Source: Bigelowiella natans CCMP2755
Taxonomy: Eukaryota > Protista > Cercozoa
Assembly (NCBI GenBank): GCA_000320545.1
Contig: ADNK01003053.1
Coordinates: 1-46,974 of the forward strand
Reading direction: 5' to 3'
DNA: 46,974 nucleotides
A program made the position numbers and the translations under genes. The notes under the pieces were generated by a model. The model was not told the origin of the DNA, made no database searches, and saw only the letters and a list, made by a program, of their open reading frames with translations. Shown piece by piece: positions 34,727-46,974 of this stretch (the first letter of the stretch is position 1; the number at the start of each line of letters is the position of its first letter).

Positions 34727-36212
34727 ATGTACGACGATGGCATGGACGAGTTGGAGAAGACAGGTTTTCTGTTTAAGCGGGGAAAGGCTTCGAAGGTAGA
34801 TACTTACTCGATGTAACAAAGTCTAGCATTACAAAACTAATGGCAGCGCAGCGTTTGGGTATACCTACGTCCTCCTGGCAACTACACTATTTTAAATTCC
34901 ACATGCTTTAATTATTATGCTTCGCTTGGAAATGGTACATGCTTGTTTGGGAAACTTTGGCCAACGCCATAAAAACTCTCTTGTATCTGCCATTATCACC
35001 ACTATTTCCCCCTTCCCAAAGTCTTTAATTCGATCAGGGGTATGCAATAGATTTTGTTTAATAATCATCGGGATCCGCTTGCGCTTGATATATTTGAAAT
35101 GCGTGCTTAGACGTGTATGTGCCCGCTACGTTTATCTAGTTTTCATCTAAAATACTTACACACATCATTATACCTCGTTATATCAAGGATCTGCGCTATG
35201 GCCTGCTCCGAACAAAACCAACATTCATACTAAATAGAGGTTTAATATCTTCAGGTCGATCCAAAGCCTGCATGGAAAAAACGATGGTGCGTGATCAATG
35301 TCCTCCTTCCCCGCCTTCAGGGGGAAAAAAACTGCTTCCTATTACTAATGCAGCGAGATTAAACTGATTATTGTTCTTAACTTATTTATTTACCTCCTCA
35401 ACAATTGAAGGTTCGAGTTAGACCTCCACAGTAAGCAGCTGAAGTACTACAAGCACCAAAGCGACATATCTACCAAAGTAAGAGCATGCCGCCGAAGACG
35501 ACCACCAGCAAACACCTTACCAACCAGCCCCAAAACTGCATTTGAAAAACTGCAAAAAAAAAAATACTCAAATAAAAAAGCAAAAATCGCCGACGGGTGT
35601 TTGAATTTCACACCTTCATTCGGCACAAGAAACCCTAATCCTGCACGAATCTCCGATGCTACGTGAGAACGGCGGAAAAACTAGCGTGCAAATCTGCATC
35701 GATTCCCTTTGTGTTTCCTGCAGGGCGACATTCCCATCTCCGGGGCCATCCTCCGCATTTTGAGGCCAACCGAGAAACTATGGCGCCCCAGAGCCTTTGC
35801 GATATCTGGTCGAGTCAACACGAAATAACACGCTTATCTAGAGTAGAAGCCAGATCAGCAGTAGTATCCCCAGATAGGTAGCGCAGCGTACATAACTCGT
35901 GATTTATCATCCATCGACGTATGGCTCGTTGTGTTCCGGATTAGCCTACATGAAAAGGGTTGGGACTGAGTTGATTGCCGTGTGCTTCCCCCCCCCCCCC
36001 CCTCTTCACCATTGCACTACTCGCAGGTCCGCATACGAAGCGCGAGTACTTTTTGCAGGCAAAAACGCAGGAGGATATGGAGGAGTGGCTCAAGTCAGTG
36101 AATCGAATGTTTCTTGTGAAGATACTGGGAATCGGACCGAGAGAGAGAGAAGGGAGAGATGGGGAAGGCGAAGAGAGAGAAGGAGAGAAAGGGAGAGGGA
36201 GCGGGGGGGAGG

Positions 36213-36255
<43 letters not shown>

Positions 36256-36452
36256 AGAATAGTAGGATAGACGCTACAAGATCATAAATAGCGACCACGA
36301 TGTTTCCTATTGGATTTGACAAATACACGCACGAGTCTACAACTGAACTTCACCCCCCCCCCCCCCGCCTTTCGGCTTTGTTTGAAGGGCGATTACCGAC
36401 GCTGTGAATTACCTAGCGGAGACGGATCGGAAGAATCAGATGCCAGAAACAG
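34727..36452 (+). CDS. PH domain exons (N-terminus of a long gene, probably continuous with the WD40 exons downstream)
   Basis: MYDDGMDELEKTGFLFKRGKASK|VDPKPAWKKRW|FELDLHSKQLKYYK..|GDIPISGA..|GPHTKREYFLQAKTQEDMEEWLK|AITDAV gives the canonical PH beta1-beta7 strands and C-terminal helix, on GT-AG exons. Confidence 0.85.
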
Positions 36453-36615
36453 TCATGCAATGATGATGATAGAAACATACAACTTTCAGCTTATTGTTCT
36501 CTCTTTCTCCCCCCTCCTCTCTACCTCTCTTTAGCCTCTCCCCCTCCTCTCTCTCTAGACACACGTAGTTATATAACATATTATGCACATTATATTTACA
36601 CATGTTTATACTTTA

Positions 36616-37765
36616 GACTGGAGACTTAAAAAGCTCAGCGCCTTTGGGGGGCAGCAACAACCCAGAGGTGCCTCTCGAGCCGAAAGGAGGGCTAGGGTGC
36701 CGGGGGGGGGGGGGGGAAGAAGGGGGGAGGTTGCGAGTCACATCCTTATGCACTTATCCTACTCCTCTTCTACTTCAGAATATGAAGAAAGAAGAAGTTA
36801 AAATCAACTTAAACCTCGCACTACCGAAGACGTTCTTCCCGCTCATGTCGCGCATGAATGCATGGAGGAGCGTCGCTGCACTCAGGTGATATGCGAGATA
36901 GACGGCGTGTTTTTTTGGTGAGAGGGAAATTACGATTCGTCTTGCCGCTGCTCGATGCACGAGTGTGGTAGAGCGGATGCAGACTGGAATTGATGATGAC
37001 AAACCTGATGCGAATTGGTATTTTTGGGAGATTTGATGGGTCTTCTGGTGCTCAAGTAGATACTGATATGCGTAGCGTGGATATGGCGTTCTACATTTTA
37101 ATTATGGTGTTGTTCTACTCCCCCCCCCCACTTCCTTTTCCCTTCATCTTCAATTTGGCTTTTGTTATTCGGTTGCACAGGGGCTACGTCGACCACGAAT
37201 TAGTTGTGGAGGTGACACAGCAGCAGTAGAAATAGAATAAATGATCTCTCTCCCCCTCTCCCTCTTCCTCTCGATTTTCCTCTCTATGTGTCTATGCTTG
37301 TGTTTCAAGCACTCACACGATGCTGCTTTGTCGTTTGTATAGACCCGAACTCTGGAGAGGGACTTAGTGCCTTACACCAGCTGCTTAGCTGTCCGCAGAG
37401 GTGCTGATTCGCCCACGACGGGAGGGCGGAGAGGGAGATAGGGAGAGAGAGCGAGAGAGAGAAAGGGGGAGGGAGGGGAGGGAGGAGGGAGAGAATACAG
37501 CAGCAGCAGCAACAACCAAAGGATCGGGGAAAGCAATATTTGCCATTCATATCGAGTATTGTGAGAGAGAGGCGGGGCAGGAGAGAGCTCGCCGTGCCGA
37601 TTACATAGATCGTGCTGGCTATACCGAAGGAAATTCTTTCTCATTGTTCTGATTTTGGTTGGACTTCGCAGGGAGTAACGTCACACCAGACACGGGATTC
37701 TTCGCAACCGGTCACGACCCCTCATTTTATATGTATCTCAGAAAGGGGGAGGGGCGGGGAAGAAT

Positions 37766-37812
<47 letters not shown>

Positions 37813-38111
37813 CGTTTGTTTCTGCTTAATTGATAATACTTTCTTTTTCGTGCCCGTTCCCCCCCCCCCCCTCTTAAAATATATCATACAACCGACCAAT
37901 AGGCAATTCGAACCCAGACAGCAACCGTTCCCCTGTGACGTTCTTCTACCCTGGGTAACATTGCACGTATCTAACGAGGAGATCTAGAAAGAGTAGATGT
38001 GCCAGAGACGAGTCGATCGCATGCACATATGCAAACAATTGAATTGGGGAGTTTGCATTTATATCCTCTCGCGCGAGCATAGACACACACACGCACACAC
38101 ATACACACAGA

Positions 38112-38142
<31 letters not shown>

Positions 38143-38559
38143 GTTCTCACACGCACACAGCATACGCGCTCGCCATCGTTTTTGGAAGTGTAACAATCCC
38201 ACGCATACCGAGTAGGACGATGCAGAAGGAGACGCTCCGAGCGGAGGCCCTTCGCACTGACGTCACGGCCTCGTGCAGATGCACGGTGAAACACGATTTA
38301 TCTCTTTCTCTCCCACATCGTAGATCGTTATAACCCTCACTTGCGCCTCTCGCAGGACATTGATTGGCGCGACAACAAGCTGCTTTGTGGGACGAGTGCA
38401 GGGCAGCTGCGCTTGTACGTGACAGGGGTGAGATATTGCTGTCTCTCGGATTGATTTCTCCAATGCCAAACCTGATGGTGGCCATCGAGCTGCTAGCCAA
38501 TGTTATAGAGCCTCCGTTTGATTATTAATGTTTGTTTTCATATCGTGCGTCCCCCCCCC

Positions 38560-38599
<40 letters not shown>

Positions 38600-39033
38600 A
38601 TGAAAAGGTGATGGGAGACGGCATCAGCGTTGTCAAAACTAGGGTGAGAATAAACCGATGGCGAATAGATTTATGGAAGAGTTCAGCAGCGGGGGGGAGG
38701 CGAGCGGGGCGTTATAATGCGATGAGATATAATATTTATCGGTTTGCATTTTTTCTCATCGATTTCCTCAATCAGACAATTGAAAATGAATACCGGCTTC
38801 AGCAGCCTCCCACACTCCCCGGCGTGCTGATTGTGCTGATTGCTTGTGTTTGCGTTTTGGTATAACAGACGTTTCAGGAGGAGGAGAAAAAGGACTACGC
38901 CAAGATGAAAGTGGCCGAGTATGGAGAATGGGGGATTTCGCAAAGGGTTAGCATTTTATCGGCGTTTGGTCGTCGTCGCCATCACATTTGATTAGACGCA
39001 AGCAGCACGCCACTGTTCTGCTAATTCATTTCG

Positions 39034-39068
<35 letters not shown>

Positions 39069-39687
39069 ACTCGTAGGTTTAACACTGTTTTCCTTCAGTT
39101 TGATTCTGGATATATTATAGACACGAATGAACGTGTTTCCTAATCTCCTTTCTTCCCCCCACCTCCTACTCGCCCCAACAGATCTCTCAGTGCGAGCTGA
39201 ACCCGAAAAAGTAAAAGCGCTTTCCTTCCTCTTTCTCGTGCATTGCTCGGCGCAGCAGCAGAATCCTTGTTCTATCGCCAGCGAATTATTTGTTGTTTTC
39301 TTGGGAAAGCATGCACAATAAACTGCCGCAATAATGATTATGCGAAAATGGATATTCCTGACAGTGCTGATAGTGCTAGTTCTGACGTCGATTGATAACG
39401 ATGAAATCTCCACCCATGCCGCATGCGCCAGGTCGGATATGGCTCTTTGTGTGTCAAACACCGTGTTTTCTCTGTGGAATTTCGAGAAACCGAAGGTGAC
39501 GGTATATGTGAAAAGTTACATAAATTCTAATTTATTTTTTTTGTAACTATTTTTTGTATGAATTTAGTTTTTATTGTGTTCACTCCATCGAGTATTCATG
39601 ACTCGCCTGAAATCAAAAAAATATGATATAGTGATTTATAATAAAAATATATATATTATATATATATATATATATAAATATTAATAA

Positions 39688-39733
<46 letters not shown>

Positions 39734-40028
39734 ATAAGCGGAGTTTACATGATTTGAGAAATCGGCTTCTTCACTGATTTTGTGTTGTGGACGCTATTTT
39801 TTTTATTGTTATCGTTCGTCACGGCTTGGGTAGAAGCCTATCTTCTCCGCCAACGGTACATCTACATCATATTCACTTATTCTATATAATATAATATAAT
39901 ATATATATATATATATTATATATAAGTGATGCGTATTGATCTAATTCATCGAGAATGATGGATGACGAATGGCGTGTACGATGATGTGACAAGGCGCCAT
40001 ATTCGTTTTCTAAGTACACACAAATACA

Positions 40029-40066
<38 letters not shown>

Positions 40067-40733
40067 AAATATAATATGATCCTAGTCATTAGTGTGTTAA
40101 TTCTCATCGTTGTTCTCCAAAAAAACTAGGCTCCTCCGACGCTCTCTTTGCTTGCTCATGGGATGTGAATAGAGGTGGGGAAAGACCGCACGTGTTTGCG
40201 CCAACCCATGCCCTTAAACCTCGGCATTAGACTGGCAGTTTATGAGCCATTGCAAGCGGGATTTCTGTGTGCATCGTCGTCGGGGCGTTTCGATTGTACG
40301 CCTGAGATCTCTGGCATGTTTCTACTTCTGTATGTTTGTTTGTTTGTTTTTATTATGATCGCCGCTGCTGCGTGGGCAACGACAACAACAACAACAACAA
40401 CAAAGGCGCTTCTTTCATTATAGCCGGGCAATCGAGGTAGTGGTTGATTCACGCGCTCTATAATAAGACTTTCACCGTATTCTCCCGTTATTTTATTTAT
40501 CGTTCCAATCATCACGTGTTAGCACTAGTTAATGCATCTTTGCGTCATTGTCGTTCATCTCTCCATCGATATTGCTGTGTGGTAGATCTCTAAAGATACT
40601 CGACGGAAGGAAGCTGAACGATCTTAACAAATCGGCGCGGTGGAAAGTGGCCGATGCACATGCAAGGAGGGTACGTATAATTGCAACCACCAACGAGAAG
40701 AAAGAGCGAGAAGAAAGAGATTTAATGGGAGTC

Positions 40734-40779
<46 letters not shown>

Positions 40780-41761
40780 CGAGAGAAGGAGAGAAAAGGG
40801 CTCTCTTAAATTTATTTATTTTCTTCAAAGTAAGGTTGAGAATCGCCATGTACTTTGCTTGGCCTTTTGGTCGTTCGTTTCTAGGTGACTGACGTCGCTT
40901 GGAGCCCTCTCGTACGATGGTGGATTGCATCTGCAGGCGCTGATGGGGTCGGATGTTCTACCGAAATGAAATGCGTAGATTTGAGACACATCCACAGGAA
41001 GTGCAGATGCATCATAGCATTCAAAATCCAAGATGTCTCTTCCTCCACGTTGTTGTTTAATCCGGCATGTTTCTCAAACGATTTTTCCCCATTCCAAGCA
41101 AGAGTCTTGATCGTCATCTGTCTACCCTGCAAAGCACCATGCTCTTCTGACTTTCTTCCCCTCCTTCGCCCCCCAACCGCGCATTCTTTCTTCCACAGGA
41201 TGTGAAGATCTGGGACCTCCGCTCGGGGGGGGGAGAGCCAGTGTACACGCTGTCAAGTCATCTTTCCTCTATTAACAGAATCGCTTGGTCTCGGTCTCAC
41301 CCCGAGATGTTGGCCAGTGCAGGAGTTGATCGGTACAAAAGAAAGCGAGAGGGGGGGGGGGGGGGAGAAGGGGGGGGAAGACGAGAGTAGAAAGGATAAC
41401 GGCATTATCACACACGCATCAGCACAAAGTCGAGTCTCCCTAATATCGCCATGCCTTCTTGTGCTGATATCTCTCTGACACTCCCAGGACGTTGAGGTTG
41501 TGGAATTTGAGGAAGCCACCTCGTTTCCTCGTCCACACGCAGGACGACTTTGCGACGGTCGCTTTGCTTTATCTCGCCTTTGCTTTTCTTTGCTGCTGCT
41601 GCTGCTGCTCCTGCTGCTGCTGCTCGCATTCATTTGTATACATTGCTCGCTTGCGGGTGTAGAAACCTCGGCCTGTGTTTGCTGTTTCGTGAGCTGTAGA
41701 GTCGGAAAGCGAGCATGAATGCAGCACATTATGTCTTTTCGAGATTGGGAGATAGATAGAT

Positions 41762-41798
<37 letters not shown>

Positions 41799-42598
41799 TA
41801 GAAAGAGAGAGAGATTGATGGATTTCAAGCGCAACTGAACGTTCGTATTGCATTTTCTTTCGAATGCAATATCACGTGGTTTTGACCAATTTCTCTCCGG
41901 AGCAGCAAAGTGGTCATATTTCTTTACTTTGCCTTTTTGCTAGATCTTCCTAGTTACTAGGCTCGATGGCAAAAAAGCGTGATTTGATGCCTGGCGTTCG
42001 ATGATTTGTCGTTTTAAACAGGAGGTGGTTGGCGTCGATTTCTCCTCTACTCATCCGCTGAAGGTACTTGCATGCCTTTAGTGCCGTGTTAGCGTTGCCT
42101 GTGTTTCTGTACATAATAGCGGAGAGCGAGAAGTAGAAGGAACTTCTTGAATGTTTAAACAGAAAGCAGCCTTTCGAAATATATCGTGAAACTAAACAAA
42201 AACTGATCTGGATTTGAGGATGAGCATGTCTAACGCCATTATTCGTTTTGTTAAATCTCGTCTCCCCGGTTCCGAAAGGTGCACGCGGTATCGATGGGAG
42301 GGGAGGCCATAGAGCTCACGATGACAGGTATTGCAGCGTCGTCGTTTGTTTGGCTATCATCCTGTTTATGCGCGATATGCATTTATGTTCTCTTGTCATT
42401 TAGACGAGTTCATGACTCCGTTTGTCCAGCATCGTTTCAAACGGCCAGAGGAAAAAGGTGAAGGAAAAACAGAGGAGAGGGGTCGGGGGGGGGGGGAGGG
42501 ACTAACATATCCGTATTTTTTAAAAAAGTCGCAAACGATAGTGAATCGGAAAATGGCAGAAGAGGAAATATAATTAGCCCAGATATGCCGTTGATGCA

Positions 42599-42647
<49 letters not shown>

Positions 42648-43219
42648 TGAACGTATATCCGACATACGCAACTACAAATGCGTTCTAATATGAGCAGGAG
42701 AATCAGTGGCGTCACCCAAAGAAGCCAAGAATGCAGGTAGTTAGCGCATATATCTATGTTTTTTGTATTACATGGAACTCGTACACACGCGTGAGCACAC
42801 GACACGCACGTTCAGTGATAGATCCCACCGCTCTGTCGGACTCTCCTTCCTATAATAGCTAGACTTATCGTATTCGCGTTCAAGCTTCTCCACAGCTTTC
42901 CCCACTTAGTAACTTCAATCCGCTTGTGCAATGGGGGCTGGGAGAGGGGGTGATATCGAGTGTTTTGCGTGTGTGGTAGCAGGATTTAGCAGCCCTGTTT
43001 CAGCCTCGCTCTCCCAGCGGAGCGTCACCTCTCCTCCCCCGATGCGGGTACGTGCAGTTCAGAAGAAGAAATCGAGGCAGATTCTCTTTGTCTGTTTGCT
43101 GAAACACGGAAATGAGCGTCTTCTCAGCAGTAATTAGTAGTAACAACAGCTGCGACAAAATGCCGCATTTATTTTTCATTAATATCACTCGCTTTTATAC
43201 GTACTTCACACACACACAA

Positions 43220-43273
<54 letters not shown>

Positions 43274-44168
43274 TCATCATCAACCTACCACAGCTGCAGC
43301 AGCCCGCACCCTCATCAGCGCTATCAAGTACACCTGCTCTAAGAGGCGAGTCGAAGGTGAGGAGTGTATATAAGCGTTGTGGCGTGTGCATTTATTTGTG
43401 TGTGGAGATGTGTGAGAGTACCAATGATTCTTGTCGCTTCGAATCACCATTTATTGCTATTAAATCACCTTTATCGCCTCCCTGTTTGCACGCGCTTCCA
43501 TATTTCATATTCACTTTCGAGTTTGTTGGTGCAGGGCTCTGCGAGCATGTGTTAAATGCCCCACTTCCGTCCGCCACCCCCCCCTCTCCCATTTCATAGC
43601 AGATCGGCATTACCAGCTATCAGCAATACATCGTCACGGATGAAGATCTCGAGAAGGAAAAGAAGGTGAAATCGAGCTTCTTCACTGTATTTTGTGTGAA
43701 AAAATACAACTCTCGTCCTGATTTGTCTACATCGGCACTAGCCATCTTGTCGTATGAAGGGGGGGGGGGGGAGGGCTCCATTAGAATCCTCAATATTGAC
43801 TCTGCTTTGTCATCAGGTGGAACATTACCTTTACACGAGGGATCTTAAGAAGGCCTTTCAAACCATGAGCGAGCTCGCAAATCGGTGATTCTTTGCAAAT
43901 GCCGTCTTAAGCCTCTTTTCACTCGCCTCCTTTCTTCGCGTTCTGGAGAGCCTCGATGACGCGCCGCCTTCTTTCGTGCTTATGCCCGTTGTGTGCGTGC
44001 AGGTACTATGAAAACAAGATGAATCAGCGAGCGATAGATCTGCTCAAGCTGGCCTCGGGGTCGTTGTTCTTCAAGGTGCTCCAGCAGGTGGATGTGAGCG
44101 ACGCTAAGATTGCTCGATTCGTCGAGGACGTCTCCTACTATCTGCCCTCGGATTGTGTCAGGTGCGTG

Positions 44169-44206
<38 letters not shown>

Positions 44207-44281
44207 AGAGAGAGAGAGAGAGAGAGAGAGAGGAAGAGAAAGAGGGGGGGGGAGATGTGAGGGACAGACCTCGTGAAGGAA

Positions 44282-44323
<42 letters not shown>

Positions 44324-44567
44324 TAATATAAAGGCTACCGCATATCGTTCTTTATTTAACATATTTGCTTTGTTTCTGTGAGACGATGAAATTTCGTTGG
44401 ATGGTGCTACAGCAAATCTGATTTGTTGTGGATTATCAGGCTGAGCAAACCCAATGAGGAGGACTTCAAGCTCATACAGCTGCTCAAAACGCGTATAGCC
44501 TTGCGGACGCTCATACAAACGAAGGTGTTTCATTAATATATGTTTGAATATATCTTTATTTAATATT

Positions 44568-44598
<31 letters not shown>

Positions 44599-45323
44599 TA
44601 TAATCGATAGTATGTGCAGAGCGCCTCTTTTCTTTAATCATAAAGTGTTTTCATTCTTGATTGTTACGTGTTTCTGCGGTGGCTGCTGCTGCCTGCTTTC
44701 TCCGCGTCAGGCCTGGGACAAGATCATCGATATCAAGGACGAGATCGACAAGCAGCTTTCTGAGAACGGTGCTGATGCCTAATATAACTACTTGGCCATT
44801 GCTCTGGCCTCTACCTTCGAGGAGGGGGGGGCTGGGGGGGAGGGAGGAAGGGGTGGATTATATCATTATCATTATCATTATCATTATCATTATCATCATC
44901 ACCATCATCATCACCACCGCCGCAGGTGATGCATTTTCCGCCCAAACGCTGGACGATATGGTACCACGTTTTTCGATTTCACGCCGCATTGGCAAAACAC
45001 AGCATCCACAAGCATGCTGCCAGCAGTACACCGCCGTGTTTTCCGACTGCACACCATCACTGGCGGCGTCGCCCATTGCGTTGCGAACGCGTGTGAAGTC
45101 GCGGCTCGACGCGTTTTCCCCGAAGTCCTTCTCCTGATGACACCGCGCTGTTTCTCCTCGATTCAGGTGGCGACGATTCTACCGGAGAGCTACTTGGCAG
45201 GGCTGAACTTCGCAATGACACTTGGGACGAAGCTGAAGGAGAAAGGTGGTGACCATCCATCATGACGGAAATGCTTAGTGTTAGATCGTGCATGTGCCGC
45301 GAGGTTGTGTATATACATACAAG

Positions 45324-45354
<31 letters not shown>

Positions 45355-45483
45355 ATATTCCACGTTTTGTTTCATTTCCAGGGACCTTTGAGAAAAACTT
45401 CGTTCTCATCGCTAAGAGATTGTTCTTTCCGACGATATACCATGGAGGTCGGGTTGTGGAGAGCAGTGATTCGACTGTGTTGC

Positions 45484-45519
<36 letters not shown>

Positions 45520-46558
45520 CTAAATGTATTTCATGTGTCAGACAAAAGAGTGTGTGTGTGTGTGTGTGTGTGTTTCTGCTTGAGTAAGTCTGTGATGACG
45601 AAGACACCTCTCACCCGAGCAACCTATATACCCGCAAAGGACGCGTTTCGAGCCAAGGACAAGGCAGTGAGATTAGCGGCAGCGCGCAAGCCTCCAACAG
45701 CACAATGGGCGTGGTCGCGGCTGATGATCTACAACAGCAGCAAGCTGGAAATTCCTCTTCAAAGATGATGGAATCAATGGAAGGAGAGGTGTGCAGATGC
45801 AGCTCGTCATCGATAAGCAGCAGAGACGAATAGTAGTACTGATCGTCGTCATCGCCATAGTAGTAGTAGAAGTAAGAACAGGTCCGGTATTTCCAACACT
45901 AGAAGTAGCGAGAAGTCACAGTAATATTGCGAGCTCATCTTTACGCGTCTTTTTTCCCTCTCGTTGTATCTATTGCCCGTTTCAGAACGCCCACCCCTCG
46001 CACGATGTGAAAACCATGGAGCGAAAGATGGAGAGGGAGGTGTGATGAGTCATTGTCTCTAGATCTAGTCCTGCATAAGCTATACGACGTTTGTGGGTGC
46101 AAACGGGTATATCCCACGGTTGCATTGTAGGCCAGTTTTTCCTCCGTTATTTGCCGGTTTTTTATGATTTAAACGACGCTGACCTTGCTTTCTCCAATTG
46201 CTTGTGTGCGGTAGTTTCGCAATCCGTTGTGTATCATTCCACAACTCAAGCTCGTTAATGAAGTGCATATGGCGCTGTCGCGGGTGGGGCATTACACAGC
46301 ACCATTGAGTGAATTCTAACGATATACTATACATATAATATATACATATTTATATAAATATATAATATTGCCAAAGTCATCGATACGGCGCGAGCTCGAG
46401 TGAGAGGTGCTGATTGTTGGGTTTTGCATATCTTCAGGCTTTTACGAGAAGTGATGCAGGATCTGACAGTTTGTACCAGCCAGCGGAGGTAGATTATTGT
46501 GTGTCTATTTGTGCGTGTGTGTGTGCGAACGTGCGTGGAAGTTTGTATGAGTGTGTTT

Positions 46559-46595
<37 letters not shown>

Positions 46596-46787
46596 GTATA
46601 TGTGTGTTTGTACGCGAAAAACAGGTTGTGATATCCGTCGTGGAGAAATTCAAGGAGGACAAGGAAATCGCTCCCCAAAACATTTACCCATCCATGGTGC
46701 ATCGTTTGTACGTCAATGCGCTCATACAGCGGAACAAGCTCGACAAGGTCTTTGTCTATGCGACAGCGCTGTCGCAGGCGATTCGAG
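36616..46787 (+). CDS. WD40-repeat protein with helical C-terminal region, many small exons, 3' end beyond the window
   Basis: Exons DIDWRDNKLLCGTSAGQLRL, VFSLWNFEK, AHARR|VTDVAWSPLVRWWIASAGADG|DVKIWDLRS..HLSSINRIAWSRSHPEMLASAGVDR|TLRLWNLRK, then helical exons (VEHYLYTRDLKKAFQ.., MVHRLYVNALIQRNKLDKVF..). Confidence 0.78.
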
Positions 46788-46881
46788 GTATTTTTATAGC
46801 AAAAAAAGCAAAAAAAGCAAAATAACACCAAGAAACGAGGATTGATGTATAGTTAGTGAACAGAGAAGCTAAAATTTTGTC

Positions 46882-46923
<42 letters not shown>

Positions 46924-46974
46924 TTCTCGTTCACACGTTTCCTCCCCTTCCTCTCCCCCCCCCCCGCCCCTTTG

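Noticed and set aside
31332-34776. Long ORFs such as 31332-32075 and 33913-34776
   Set aside because: Same stop-codon depletion. They are Cys/His-rich with no recognisable domain.

Overview
Gene-dense, intron-rich nuclear DNA of a unicellular eukaryote. GT-AG introns are packed with (TA)n, (CA)n, (GA)n and C/G runs. A signal-peptide-plus-transit-peptide-like leader hints at an alga with a secondary plastid, possibly a chlorarachniophyte (inference only). Recognisable genes: GPKOW/Spp2 (+), an M20 N-carbamoyl-amino-acid amidohydrolase (-), a Rab2-like GTPase with a lesion (+), a multi-pass membrane protein (-), HIBCH-like (-), two ankyrin-repeat genes (+) and a long PH + WD40 gene (+) running off the window end. 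The outstanding observation is a mutational signature. Two non-genic blocks, about 15.1-20.3 kb (containing a broken, internally inverted Ty1/Copia element) and about 31.0-34.3 kb, are almost free of the dinucleotide TpA. By eye there are none in 15584-19866, and the few survivors elsewhere are nearly all in CTAG. Conserved Copia tyrosines read as His/Cys/Arg (YVDD to HVDD). Four tandem copies of an ankyrin exon-intron unit differ repeatedly by TA>TG and TA>CA. Spacers downstream of genes are flooded with CTAG/GCATGC, while introns keep long perfect (TA)n arrays. Together this points to a both-strand, TpA-directed A:T>G:C hypermutation of repeated or silent DNA that spares TAG, the mirror image of fungal RIP. 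No candidate enzyme is encoded in the window. All counts were made by eye and exon boundaries are approximate.
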